Positions 26,440 to 38,422 of a stretch of 62,712 nucleotides of DNA are shown here, one piece after another; within the stretch, counting starts at the first letter, position 1; each line of letters begins with the position of its first letter. A model generated the notes under the pieces. It worked only from the letters and a program-made list of their open reading frames with translations, was not told where the DNA came from and did no database searches. Where the stretch lies: assembly GCA_025201805.1 (NCBI GenBank), contig MU619247.1:223422-286133 (forward strand). The letters run 5' to 3'. A program made the position numbers and the translations under genes. This DNA is from Parasitella parasitica NRRL 2501. Its lineage: Eukaryota > Fungi > Mucoromycota.

Positions 26440-27247
26440 TCATTATTTCACTACACGTTATATTTATGCTTATATATATATATTTATTGTATTCACCTTC
26501 ATTTTTTACAATCATTTCACATTTATGCTGAATAATAAAATTAAACAAATTATGTTAGAATTATGGATTTGCGCCATACTCTTTCATACACAGGGATAAC
26601 GTAGTGCCATATATGCACACCTTTAATTTGCAGATAATTAACTGGCATTGCATGCTTGTTTATTAATAGTTTTAGTTTCATTTCTGGTATGTTTAGCAAA
26701 TGGCTGACATGCTTTTGGTTAAATGTTTAGTATTATTTATGAAAAGCATGTTTACAAATCCGTCATGCAAAATTGTATTTACAAATTAAATGCCATCCTC
26801 CAATTGAAGCATCTACTAGCTGCACAATTTAATAATGGAAAAGAAAGAAGGTTTTTAATACTTCTTTTGACCCCGGGAATCTAAAGAAAGATTGGTAACA
26901 ATGGAAAATAATGCGAAGCGCTTACGTAAAGCAATCACTGATTCGCATATGTTTCACTTGACGGGAGACGCTTATATGAATTGCACAATATATTGACAAG
27001 AAAACAGAGCTGATATCCCGTAGCATACATGCAGAAAAACAGAGAGATGTGAAATGTTCAGATCTAATTTGATATGCTGTTTTTGATATAGAATATCAAT
27101 AAATTTGCTACAAGGTAATTGAAATAAGCAAGCTTGAAACCCAGTTTTTGACCCCAATCAATAATAATTATATCAATTTGTTAAAAAAGATCTCGCTTTC
27201 CTTTTCTTCTTTCAATTCTCTCCATAGCAACGGAAGCATAACATTTA

Positions 27248-28771
27248 ATGATGCGAAAATCAAGAACTGGCCTAGACCGAAAAAGCTCTCATAGACGGTC
27301 TTGGTTCAACAGTGGCAACATATTTACCAGGTTTTCGTCAGCGCCACCATCGCCTGAATATAAAACAGCGGAGGATCCCGAATTAAGAGACAAAAACAAT
27401 GAGGAAAATGACCCCCAGGCTCTAGTAAGACAGCGCTCATTTTCATTGACCCCGATGGACAACACAACAGTACAGCCTGCTTTGATATCGTCGAGACCAA
27501 ACCTCATCAAAAGCAACAAGTCGACATTTTCTACCATTCTGTCAAAAGCAACAAAGAAAAAGAAACATTGTAGAAAGGGGTCAGATGCAATACAAGACTT
27601 ACAATCCACTTATTTCGATGATAATGCCTCTTCTGCGCGTCGCTTTAGTGATAAAAGTGACGGTACAACCATCTCTGAAAAAGACCTAGTGCACCCGCAA
27701 TCGAAACATCAATCGCCATCTTCTCAGAGAGCCCAATCTCCAACGAAACCATTGCAGCTACTTGGATGTGATGAGGAAGAAGCCGACCGAATTCAATTAA
27801 AGAATGATCTTGTTAAGCTTGCATTTGAAGGGTAAAGTATTATTTAAAAAAAATTTAATGGTTGTGATAATAGTGATATTGATGCCATGTCTAGTGAATT
27901 TTCTCTGCCTTTTGACTATAGAGATCTGCCCAGTGGTAGAATTCTGGATGTCGGTTGTGGTCCTGGTTCCTGGTGCATCGATTTGTCAATGAAATACCCT
28001 CAAATTCAAGTGATTGGCGTTGATAGCGACGATATGTTTCCTTCCAAGCGAAATTTACCGAGCAACTGTCAATTGTTAGTGTACAACGTACTGGACGGGT
28101 TGAAGGAATTTCCTGAAGCAAGCTTTGATGTGATTCACATTCGATTCATGGTCCTGTCTTTTACGACATCTCAATATCCTCAAGTTGTGAAAGACTGCTG
28201 GAGATTGCTAAAACCTGGGGGCTACATTGAGATACTGGAAACTGATTTAACCATCCATTCCCCTGGACCTATTACAATGAAGCTGAATGAAGAGAGTAAG
28301 TTTCTTACAAAAATCTTGCCCAGTGAAAGAAGCTAAAATTTGTATAATCAATTAGTGCATACAGTATCTGTTAGCAGAGGATTTAACCCAAGGCGTCAAG
28401 CCGATAAATTAGGCGATCTTATACCATCCGAAGCCATCCACCGTCAAGTGAAATACAGATCTATACCGATTGGAATGTGGGGCGGTCGAATTGGAGTGCT
28501 CTGCAGAGATGATATGGTTCATATGTTGACTAAATTTCAACCCGCAGTTTTGGATTACTACAAAAAAAAGAATACTCCAGAAGCTATACTAGCCTTCAAT
28601 CAAGATATAAACACCCTTGTGAGAGAAATGGATCAATACAAGAGCTTTAGTAACTATTATTTCTATACAGCACAAAAACCGTTTGAACAATCTCCGCCAC
28701 CATCAGCGGCACCATCAATATCATCACGAAAACAACACTATCATATATCATTCAACCCAAAGTCATTTTGA
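27248..28771 (+). CDS. Class I SAM-dependent methyltransferase (LaeA-like) with a long Ser-rich N-terminus
   Basis: RILDVGCGPGSWCID motif I, VIGVD, FPEASFDVIHIRF, RLLKPGGYIEILE and SIPIGMWGG. Three exons. Confidence 0.88.
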
Positions 28772-28804
28772 TAGCACTCTATTATAATACAATATACTTT
28801 CTTT

Positions 28805-28822
28805 TAATAATAATAATAATAA

Positions 28823-28869
<47 letters not shown>

Positions 28870-28883
28870 TTACTACTACGACT
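28805..28883. repeat. Compound microsatellite (TAA)n(TAC)n
   Basis: Seen directly, 3' of the methyltransferase. Confidence 0.95.
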
Positions 28884-29320
28884 AATTTACACATTATAAT
28901 ATTTGGAAATAAAACCATCCTAAAGTGTGATCTATCACCAACTTTTGCTACAAAAAAATTGCTTTTTCAAGTTTTCACTTGCCATGATATGAAAAAAAGA
29001 CATGAACACGTTGAAATGACAACAAAAGTACAGAGTGATACAGAGCTTAAGACAGAAGAAGTATAATCAACAAGTTGTGACAAAATGTCCGTTACCCTAA
29101 AGGGCTGAAGAGTGGCAGACTTGCAAAAGTTAAAGTCCAACCTGAGGGTGTCAACCTGAGTATTTTAGAATGCTTATCAGTACATGGATTAAATCGAACT
29201 CTCCCCACAAGTTCCAAAATTAGCAGGTCAAAAAAAGACAAAAAATAGCTGGTGTCAAGAGAGGTCCACCGCACGGAATCAACTCGAGGAAATACCGAAA
29301 TCAACTGAGCTGGACCTCAT

Positions 29321-29622
29321 TACATGTTTATTGTGATGGACAATGCCGCTATCCACAAAGCACCAGAGGTTCTGCAAGCTATCCATAGCCATGGGTACGC
29401 TGCGTTATTCTTGCTTCCTTGTTCGCCCTTGTTAAACCCAATTGAATAGTGCTGTAGCAAAAATAAAGAAAAAGCTCGCAAAACACCATTAAAAAATAAC
29501 GAACTCCTACCCAACCGTATTGAAGAAGCATCAAGAACAGTTTCAGTAAAAAAAATTGCAGAGAATGGATCCGTTACTTTCGCAAGTTCTTGAGCTTTTT
29601 TCTAATCGATTTGCGCATCTGA
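29321..29622 (+). pseudogene. Tc1/IS630-type DD34E transposase remnant (C-terminal part)
   Basis: FIVMDNAAIHK…LFLLPCSPLLNPIE* with D (29339) and E (29444) separated by 34 residues. Premature TAG at 29447 and a frameshift before CREWIR. No TIRs were confidently found. Confidence 0.88.
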
Positions 29623-31421
29623 ATATTTTTTTTTTTTTTTTTTTGCGTGCTAAGGTTTTGTGTAGTTGATTTTGGAATAGTTACTTTCTCTTGTACCCAG
29701 TTCCACATAGTTATAGGGAAACAAGCTTCGTTCTGAGCTGTATTCATGTCTGCCTTCGTAACAGCCCTTTTTCATCTGACTTGGCTTACAAGAATGTCTT
29801 TTTCTTTGAATATGAGCTTTCCAGATTCATCTGCTGAGCAATCATTGATTGCTTTCAACCTCAAAGATTAGTTGTTCCCAAGAAAGCAGAATCGCCGGAT
29901 TTTGCCGGACAATTGTGGTGGATTTTGCAGTTTGCTCAGCAAATGAAAAAAAAAAAAAAGTGCATCATTTCTTGTTTGCTTATCAATAAGCGTTAGACGC
30001 ATAACTGGGAAGTATCATTTTACCTATACTATACTATCATGATATTGAAGTTTGGACTTGACCTAACGATGACAGGCACCGCGCTTATTGAAAGGCATAG
30101 TGAAGATAAGCGAGTATGTGCGTTCAACTTGGTAGGATTGAGCTTAATGCTACCTTTGCATTCGACAATGCCGTCCATAGGTGGTACTTTTGTTATTGCC
30201 TTTGGAATATGTTGCTCCTTCCCTACCAATATTGCCATCCATCTATTTTGATTCTTTAATAATCGATTAAACACATAGTTACTAGTTGTACTAATAGTTT
30301 ACGTAGATAATAAAAATGGCACCATCAAAGAAGAGAGGCCGGTCAAAGAAGGAGCATTTTATTCCAAATGAACTTGATGTAAATCAGTTTTTTAAGGATC
30401 ATAGCTCGTTAGATTGGAGTTTCGAGAATTACATAAGGGGGAGAAGGAGTGAAACTGTTGAAGAATCTGTTAGCATATTGAATGTTTTATGTGCTGAGTA
30501 ATGGATTCTACAAGACAATATTTTTTAATTATAAAAATAGCTGCTAAATTGCATCGAGAAAGTTACTTCCTTGCCTCATGAAAAATCGCAAATTTTGACA
30601 AGAAAATAAATGCTTTCAAAAGCTACGAAATCATGCCAGTGCACTACTTTTACCACAGGGCTATTGTTTGATATGAAGGGCTGTAGATGGCTCATATTGC
30701 ATGGTGTTGCCATTTTAAATGATATATCTAATACTGGTGCGTCCATATAGACATGTAATTGGGATTTACATAGATTTCAACATCTCCATCTATTGCATCC
30801 GTACGTAAACAGCAAACATGTTGTAGCGCAAGCCAAGAAAAAGCTGGAACGGTACGATATATGGCTGACTGTAAAGTTTTAATGGCTTTATTCAGGGCAA
30901 AAAAATGTTGGCAAGCCCCCCCCCCACGTATATGCGCGAGTTTGTGCAGTTGCTGTATACGGTATAAAAGCTCTTGAAAGATGCTGTTTCTCCAATCACG
31001 TTTTAATGAGTTCTGTATTATTTTAGTCGTACATCCACTAACAGCCATCTTGACATACAGGTAGCCTCTGATTTGGTTTTGTTTGGCATTGTGCACTGTT
31101 CGTCTAATATGAATGCTGCAACACCTTGGATATACCACGTAAACCACTTTTCTCCCTAGCATACTTTCAGTCATTATGAGCATACGCCACTTCTTTACCA
31201 ATTAAAGGATTCCATCTTGAAAACGAAAAGATTTGTGTTTACCTTTATACGTCATGGCCATCGTACACATGGTGTACAATGACTTAATTTATGCACAGTT
31301 TTATCGGGAAAAGCATAATGATTGGGCAGAATATTGGGGTGTAACTGTTGTAGATAAAAGCTGCATGTCGACTTTTTGACTTTTTCCTCTTTGCTTTTAT
31401 TCTATTTTTTTCTTTTATTGA

Positions 31422-33220
31422 ATGACTGAACCCAATACAAAGACCCCATTGTTGGCTGGCAAAAAGCCACCGCTTAGTAGGCCCAAGGCTCATCGTAGGA
31501 GATCAAGCTTTGAAGCATCAACGTATAATAGTGCAGGAAGATCCTTGAGCTATTCTAAAAAGGCTCAAGAGGATGATGCCAATATACCAGGATTAAGTTT
31601 GCTTAAGATATTAACGCTGACCCTATGCATGGCTGGTGTACAGTTCACATGTAAGTTTGTCTTTCCCTTTTTTTTTTTGGGGGGGGGGAGATCTGAATTC
31701 GATGCTGTTATACTGATATCATGATTCTCGCTTTTTTTGATACAAAAAAGGGACGGTTGAATTATCGTAAGTTTGCATTATTACAAGTGAAATCGATGAT
31801 TAAACAGCATGTTATACATGGTAGATACGGAACACCTTACCTTTTATCACTGGACCTATCCAAAGAACTGACAGCTTTAGTCTGGTTAGCAGGACCTTTA
31901 TCCGGGCTGTTGGTTCAACCGTTGATCGGTGCATTTAGTGATAAATGTACATCGAGTTTAGGAAAGAGAAGGCCTTTTATAATTGTTTCAGGTTTCTTGA
32001 CATGTATTTCGATGATTGGTGTTGCTTACGCAAGAGAAATTGGCTATTGGTTTGCAAAAGTCGCACCAAATCAGAACAACATTGACAAGGCAGCTCACAC
32101 CAACGCCATCATCGTCGCTGTTGCCTCATTCTACTTTTTGGATTTTACGTTAAATGCCGTACAGGCTATTTGTCGTGCGTTGATCTTGGATATACCTCCG
32201 CTTTGGCAACAAGACATTGCAAATGCCTGGAGCGCAAGAATGAGCAACACTGCAATGGTCATTGGCTATTTTGTGGGCTTCGTCGACCTCGTCAAATACC
32301 TGCCTTGGCTGGGTGATTCGCAGGTCAAGGTATTTTGCATGGTGTCCATTGTTGTGTTCGTGGTAACGCTAGCAGTTACATGTTTTACGACCAAGGAAAA
32401 GGCTGCCGAGAAGAAGGATGATGGCGATTTGAACCAGCCCTGGTACAGTACGTTTTACTACATCTGGCGCGCATTCAGGTTCTTGCCAAGGCCAATCCAG
32501 TCGTTATGTAATACGCAGTTCTTTGCTTGGATGGGTTGGTTCCCGTTCCTGTTTTACAGCACTCAGTGGGTGTCTGATATTTATTTTGCCACCCATCCAC
32601 CCACTACACCTGACACACCGCTTGACTGGGCACAAGGCACCAGAGCAGGCTCGTTCGCCCTATTATGCTACTCTGTGGTCTCCGTCATTGCTGGACTCAT
32701 CATACCCGCTGTGTCTGCAAGATTTAGTAATCTTAAGATATTCTCGCTGCTCAACATCTACACATTCTCACACATCACTGTGGGCGTTGCACTAATGTCG
32801 GCCTTGTTTGTGCGCACTGTCACTGCAGCGACTGTCGTTTTGACCATCATGGGCGTTCCTTGGGCTATTGTTCTTTGGATCCCATTCTCTCTTGTGGGTG
32901 AGTTTGTCAGTTACGAAGACGAAAAGCGACAGCAATTGATCGCAGCAGCGCCTTCAAGCAGCACGCACGAAGAAGAGGAACTCGTGCAAGACGAATTCGA
33001 TGCCGGCATGATCTTGGGCGTACACAACATGTACATCGTCTTTCCTCAGTTTGCAGTGGCTATTATATCTTCGTTTATTTTTGCCGCAGCAGATGCCATC
33101 AAAGAAGGAGACGGCAAAAGCATGTCTAGTGTTACACCTGTGCTTGTCTTTGGCGGTTTGATGGCCTTTATTGCTGCAGCCTTCAGCAGGTTCATCGTAA
33201 GAGTTACCTCTTCGCCTTGA
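31422..33220 (+). CDS. Sucrose/alpha-glucoside:H+ symporter (SUT1/SLC45-like MFS)
   Basis: GVQFTWTVELSYGTPYL is assembled through a 16-nt microexon (31751-31766). Also WLAGPLSGLLVQP, GKRRPFI, QFFAWMGWFPFLFYST and LGVHNMYIVFPQ. Confidence 0.93.
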
Positions 33221-33355
33221 TGAAATCACATGAAATCACATCTCATTTTGCTCTGTAGCGCGTGACAGTTTGTGAATGATGAGCACCCTTATAATTGATA
33301 ATGATGATAATAATAAAAATATTGGGTTTATTTAATTTCCACTTTTTTTTCTTCT

Positions 33356-33388
<33 letters not shown>

Positions 33389-33405
33389 TCTTGCTCTGTA
33401 ATACC

Positions 33406-36323
33406 ATGGCTGAAAAGAAAAGATTTGTATTTGCAGAGAAGAAAAGAGCTCTTGAAATGGCTGCAACATGCGGCCTAAGTGTGATAAGTGAAAACCAGCA
33501 ACTGAGAGGATATCAGTTGTACATGGTCGAGCAATGGTAACTGAAATTTTTTTTTTTGCAGCAGCTTATATACCAGTGTATTTAATGAGTTTTTTTTTTT
33601 ACCCTTTTTTTTAAAAGGGTTTGCGACCGTAAATCGGTGTCCAATGTAATCAAACTATTTACAGGAGACGAAAACCATATTGTACGTCTGTTTGGAGAAA
33701 TATATCATCATTGCAACTCATTTGTTTTATTGCCGTTTTAGATTCAGGTGGTTGTCATTGCTATCTCAACTGCTGAATTGCAACACCCACGCCCAGAGAT
33801 CCAGAGATTTCTAAACGCTGGAGTACATTTCAAGTCAAAACCAACCCCACTAGGCGAAATCATGTTGACGAATACAGGCCTATTGCCACTTGATATGGAT
33901 ATGATTCTTGTCGATGATGGAGATTACGATAAATGGGTGAATCAGGCCTACGTCAACATCAATCTCAGAAGAACAAACTGCACAGGACGAAGCTCTTTGA
34001 ACCTTCAAACACCAAATCCTGCATCAGAAGAAAAGTTTCGATCACTGTTCAAGATTGCAGATTCAGTCAACTTTCAAAAGGCAGTGATCAACCTGGTGTC
34101 TTTGGTCCAAATCGCATTATACCTCTTTAAACTTTTGGACAGAGACTACACCGATGGGCTGCTATGTGACGAAACAACGAAAGCACTGTGGACATTTTAT
34201 ACGAAATATGATCCCATCAAAACCACAGAGGTAGTACTGATTTTTGTCATTCTTCTACATTTGTAGAAATACTGATCAGTTGATCCGAAATCTCTCGCTA
34301 GTTTACGCTCAAAGAAGCTTGGATGGAGCCCCATTTAGTAGCGGCCATCATATCAAAGCTACTCATGTGCCGAAACAAACTGCAGGACAACAACTTTACC
34401 ACCCTTAAAGACCCATTTGCAGACTACGACGCATTTAGGTTCGACATTGGCGATTACCAGCGCTACAAAAATATCAGAGTAACAAAGTTTATTGATCTAG
34501 AGACGCTGGCGAAATTGAACGAACACACTTTCACTCAACTCAAAGTGGCAAAAGTGCTAAAGTCCAAATTGGACGACATCTCAGGCATATCCAACTCGCC
34601 GTTATTCAGCGAAACGTCTGATCCCGAGGTATTTAGACATCATTCGACGATTGAAAGCTTACGAGCCATTTGGAGACCGAAGCTCAAGGGCGGTATGCTC
34701 GTTAACGGTAGTGGTGCCAGTGGCTCCAATGATCAACAGCCAAGCGAATTGATGCACATGTTTAAACGAACAACTAAAACGGGTGGTGCTGCTGTGGACA
34801 TGCTCAGCCGTGTTGCAGGTTCAATACCTTGGATCAACACCGCAGCTGATACTAGCAGACGGGACAATAACAGTAGGTCTCCACCTATGGCAACGACAAC
34901 ACCTCCTTCACTGCCTTTAATCAACAACAACATCGTCTCATTTTCCTCGCCACTAATTCAATCAAGAGGCGAAAACACACATAACTCGAGTCATGTTTCC
35001 AGCACAAGTAGCGGTAACTCTTTAGCTCAACACGAAGAAGAACATAATGCAGCTTCTCGGATGACCATTCCAGCACGAAGGCCATCTCCTTTATCGATTC
35101 ATATATCCAACTCATCCACGCCTGCTGTAAATTATACCAATACTCCAACTAAATTAAATACTTCTCATAGCACACCAAACACTGCTACTGCTGCTGCTGC
35201 TACTGCTACTGCTGCTGCTACTGCTACTGCTGCTACTGATATTGCTACTACATCAGCAAACAGCGACGATATACCCAACCGCAATCTGATGCGGACCATA
35301 TCACCAGATCACCTTGATCAAGATATACCGTCCTATGTGCAATCTGTTCCTCAAGCATCCACATCCACTGCCGTCATAACCTCAACCTCCTCAACTCCTC
35401 CTCCACATGTGCCTAAATTACGCATTTCCAATTCAAATGGCACAACTTCAACGTCCACACCAAGATCAACAACGCCCTCATCTTCTAGCAGCATCAAGCA
35501 GCAAACCAAGGAAGAAGGCGACTTTGTCCCTTACATTGTTTCGTCGACTCCACCAAGACTCCCTATCAGCCGTCATTCTCGGTCTATATCTGACAGTATC
35601 CTTGTAGATTCGGCGTTTATCGATGCCCTCAAAGAAAACAACATATTGCCATCCATAATAACTGCGCATGTGCCCAAGAAACAACCATTGAATGTACACC
35701 ATCGTCGATCACAAACAACCTTGGCAATGCCAAGTGCATCTAAAGAGAATGCAGTAGCATCGTCTTCATCTGCTGATATGAGCGACCAACACGAGGGTAA
35801 TGCTCGACCTGTAGCCAGCATGAATGTACAGACATACATGATATACACTCGCCTACGTCAAAGGCAGCGTGCCCTGAATCGAACATACGAAGAGATCAAG
35901 ACCATAGCCAACAGGTACGAGAAGACCGCGGCACACCTCAAAGAAACCTACGAAAAGCGCTCTCTGGAATTCGATGTGATTCAGCAGGAATCTCGGCTGG
36001 TCTTGGACGAGCAAAGCGTGGCAGAGAAACGGTTGAAGGACGTGGAAGATAATAGCGCTAAATTGCATTATGAGCTGAAAGTACTGAATGATAAGCTCAG
36101 GGACATTGAAGACAATGTAGGGACGTTTTACGGAAAAGTCGGTCTTTTGGAGCGAAAGATGGACGATTCGCAACAATCAATTACAACTATGCTTATTGTT
36201 GGCAACTATTTCAATCATTATTGGAAGAAATTGCGAGAATGGATAGGGTGGCTGTCAGATGCTCCGGATCAAAATCAACCCAAGAAGAGCACTGAGGAGA
36301 CTTCTCCAGCCTCACCCTCTTGA
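33406..36323 (+). CDS. Stb2/Stb6-like (Sin3-binding) protein
   Basis: N-terminal GYQLYMVEQWVCDR…FTGD, LVDDGD, VNINLRRTNCTGRS, LVQIAL…DGLLCDET, then a low-complexity middle and a C-terminal coiled coil. Confidence 0.78.
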
Positions 36324-36340
36324 ATAATGAGAGGTGTATG

Positions 36341-36381
<41 letters not shown>

Positions 36382-36644
36382 TACAAAGTACAGATTACAG
36401 ATTATTAACTAATAAATGTGATAAAAGCACAAATATTTGCTTTGTTTCAAACGAGTTCAGGTCGTTTTCGCCACCAGCAAGAAGGCTGATTTGTGCATAG
36501 GGGCCAATTAGCGGAACAGCATCGAGCGAGCCTTTTCTACCGATTTTTCAAGCTCATTTTTGCTTCCCTTTCTTGACAATTGGTAACTGCTCATTAAAAC
36601 GAAAAACTAGAGAGTACGCAGAAGCGCATTGATTCGATTGCACG

Positions 36645-37015
36645 ATGCTCAAGATTGTTGGAATAGTCTTGGCTTTCGGGTTGGGTTACATGACAGCTTA
36701 CAACGAACTGCTAGCTTATTTGCTGCAAGAGGTAAGCTTTGTGCGCGACGATACATACATGAGAAGACGTAAAAGACTCAACAGTTGCATGCTAGAAAAC
36801 AGTACTTTACATTGCGCTAGGTCTAGGAGCAAGTTTTCTTTTGATCTATATTCCTCTGGAAAGCATAGCTGAAGCCGAGTCGACGCAAGTAAGGATGAGC
36901 AATCTCGAAAAAGTTGTAATTTGCTGTTAACCATTATCGCATACATTCTTAGAACCCTTCGACAGCTCTACGGACATCAGCTCGTGAACATTTACAGCGG
37001 CGAGGTAGTTTTTGA
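36645..37015 (+). CDS. Small (~80 aa) 3-exon membrane protein, hypothetical
   Basis: Exons 36645-36731, 36796-36888 and 36953-37015 join in phase 0 through GTAAG…AG introns. Two hydrophobic segments. Confidence 0.6.
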
Positions 37016-37122
37016 TGAAGATGTTGGATGTTGTTGATGTCTTGTTCAAATAAACGATGATTTACAATTGAAGAAAAAAAAAGAAAAAAAAGGAGAGGGA
37101 AAGAAAGAGGATATTCACACAT

Positions 37123-37825
37123 TTAAACAGCCATAACTAAACCTTTATTTGATTTATCTTCATCATTTTTTTTACCCAAAGGCGATGATTGATGTTGTTG
37201 GATAGAAGGCTGCTGGCCTTTCAGTAACAATGACTCTGGACTATTAGGAGGAGAGATGCGAATAGGTGTCGAGGTTCTGGGTTGAAGATATTGTATCACG
37301 GGAGAATTGGAAGGTGAGTTTGCAGTGATTGCTGTCGTAGTAGGTATTGCTGGAGTTGTTGAATTCAAAGAGGGATTCATCTTCAAGGTAATTCTACCAC
37401 GAGAACGATCTTCAAATAATGTCATTATGTTGCCATGGTCACCTACTCTATAGCTGACCGAGAAAGGATCAATCCAGAGCACGAAATCACGCGGAAGATG
37501 AGTATGAATGGAGATAGGCAGAATTGAAGCATTAATGCAAGCTATAAATAGCATTCTTTGTTAGTCATTCCCACTAGCAAGCTATACTATCTACTCGTAA
37601 CAACACATTACCAAGAGACAAAATAGGGTCCAACTGCCCATTGAAATTGGAAAGAGCCCGATACCCATTTCCTCTATAGGGCTGTTGAGGATCCCAATGA
37701 TCTTCAAAATGAACCTTGAGCAATTCTGTTAATGTCTCCTTGAATTTAGTTACAGTTTGCTGGTCAACTTTAGCTTGTAAAAGTCGACCAAGAAATTCAA
37801 CAGCTTGTGCTATTTCGATATGCAT
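37123..37825 (-). CDS. BTG/Tob family protein
   Basis: MHIEIAQAVEFL…HFEDHWDPQQPYRGNGYRAL (box A)…DPIL…LPRDFVLWIDPFSVSYRVGD (box B). Intron at 37542-37611. Confidence 0.92.
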
Positions 37826-38422
37826 TTTTTTTTTCGGTTATTTTACGATGTTTTTCGTCTGTTTTTTTGATATTTTTTCTTGTGAAATATAAATATATAC
37901 AAAAAAGAAAGGAAGGAGAGGGAAAAAGGGGAGAAGGAGTGGGTTTATTTAAATGCTTTTTTTGTATATTGTTTTTTTTTTTTGAATGTTNNNNNNNNNN
38001 NNNNNNNNNNNNNNNNNNNNNNNNNNNNNNNNNNNNNNNNNNNNNNAAGCTCTGCTTTAACCAAGCATCCAATGTTGATTTAGTCGCTTTTCTAAACATG
38101 CTACGCATAGTGCACACATTGTATCCCACTTTTGTAGCCACAGTTGTCTTGAAATACACTTTTCCCAAAGCGCGGACATTGTGCAATATGATGCAAATGT
38201 TGAACTTGGATTTTAAAATTATACTTTCTACATCTCTGACAAGAATACAAAGATGATATGAGACCAGTTCTCATTAGCATGTTAAACATGATTGGACCCT
38301 TACACATGTCCAATTATCATTGAGCAGTCCGTTCCTTATTTGTAAAATGCTCTCTTCAAATGGTACAATTGACATGTCTATAAAAAAAGTTTTTTTTTAA
38401 AAAAAAAAAAATTACGAGTACT

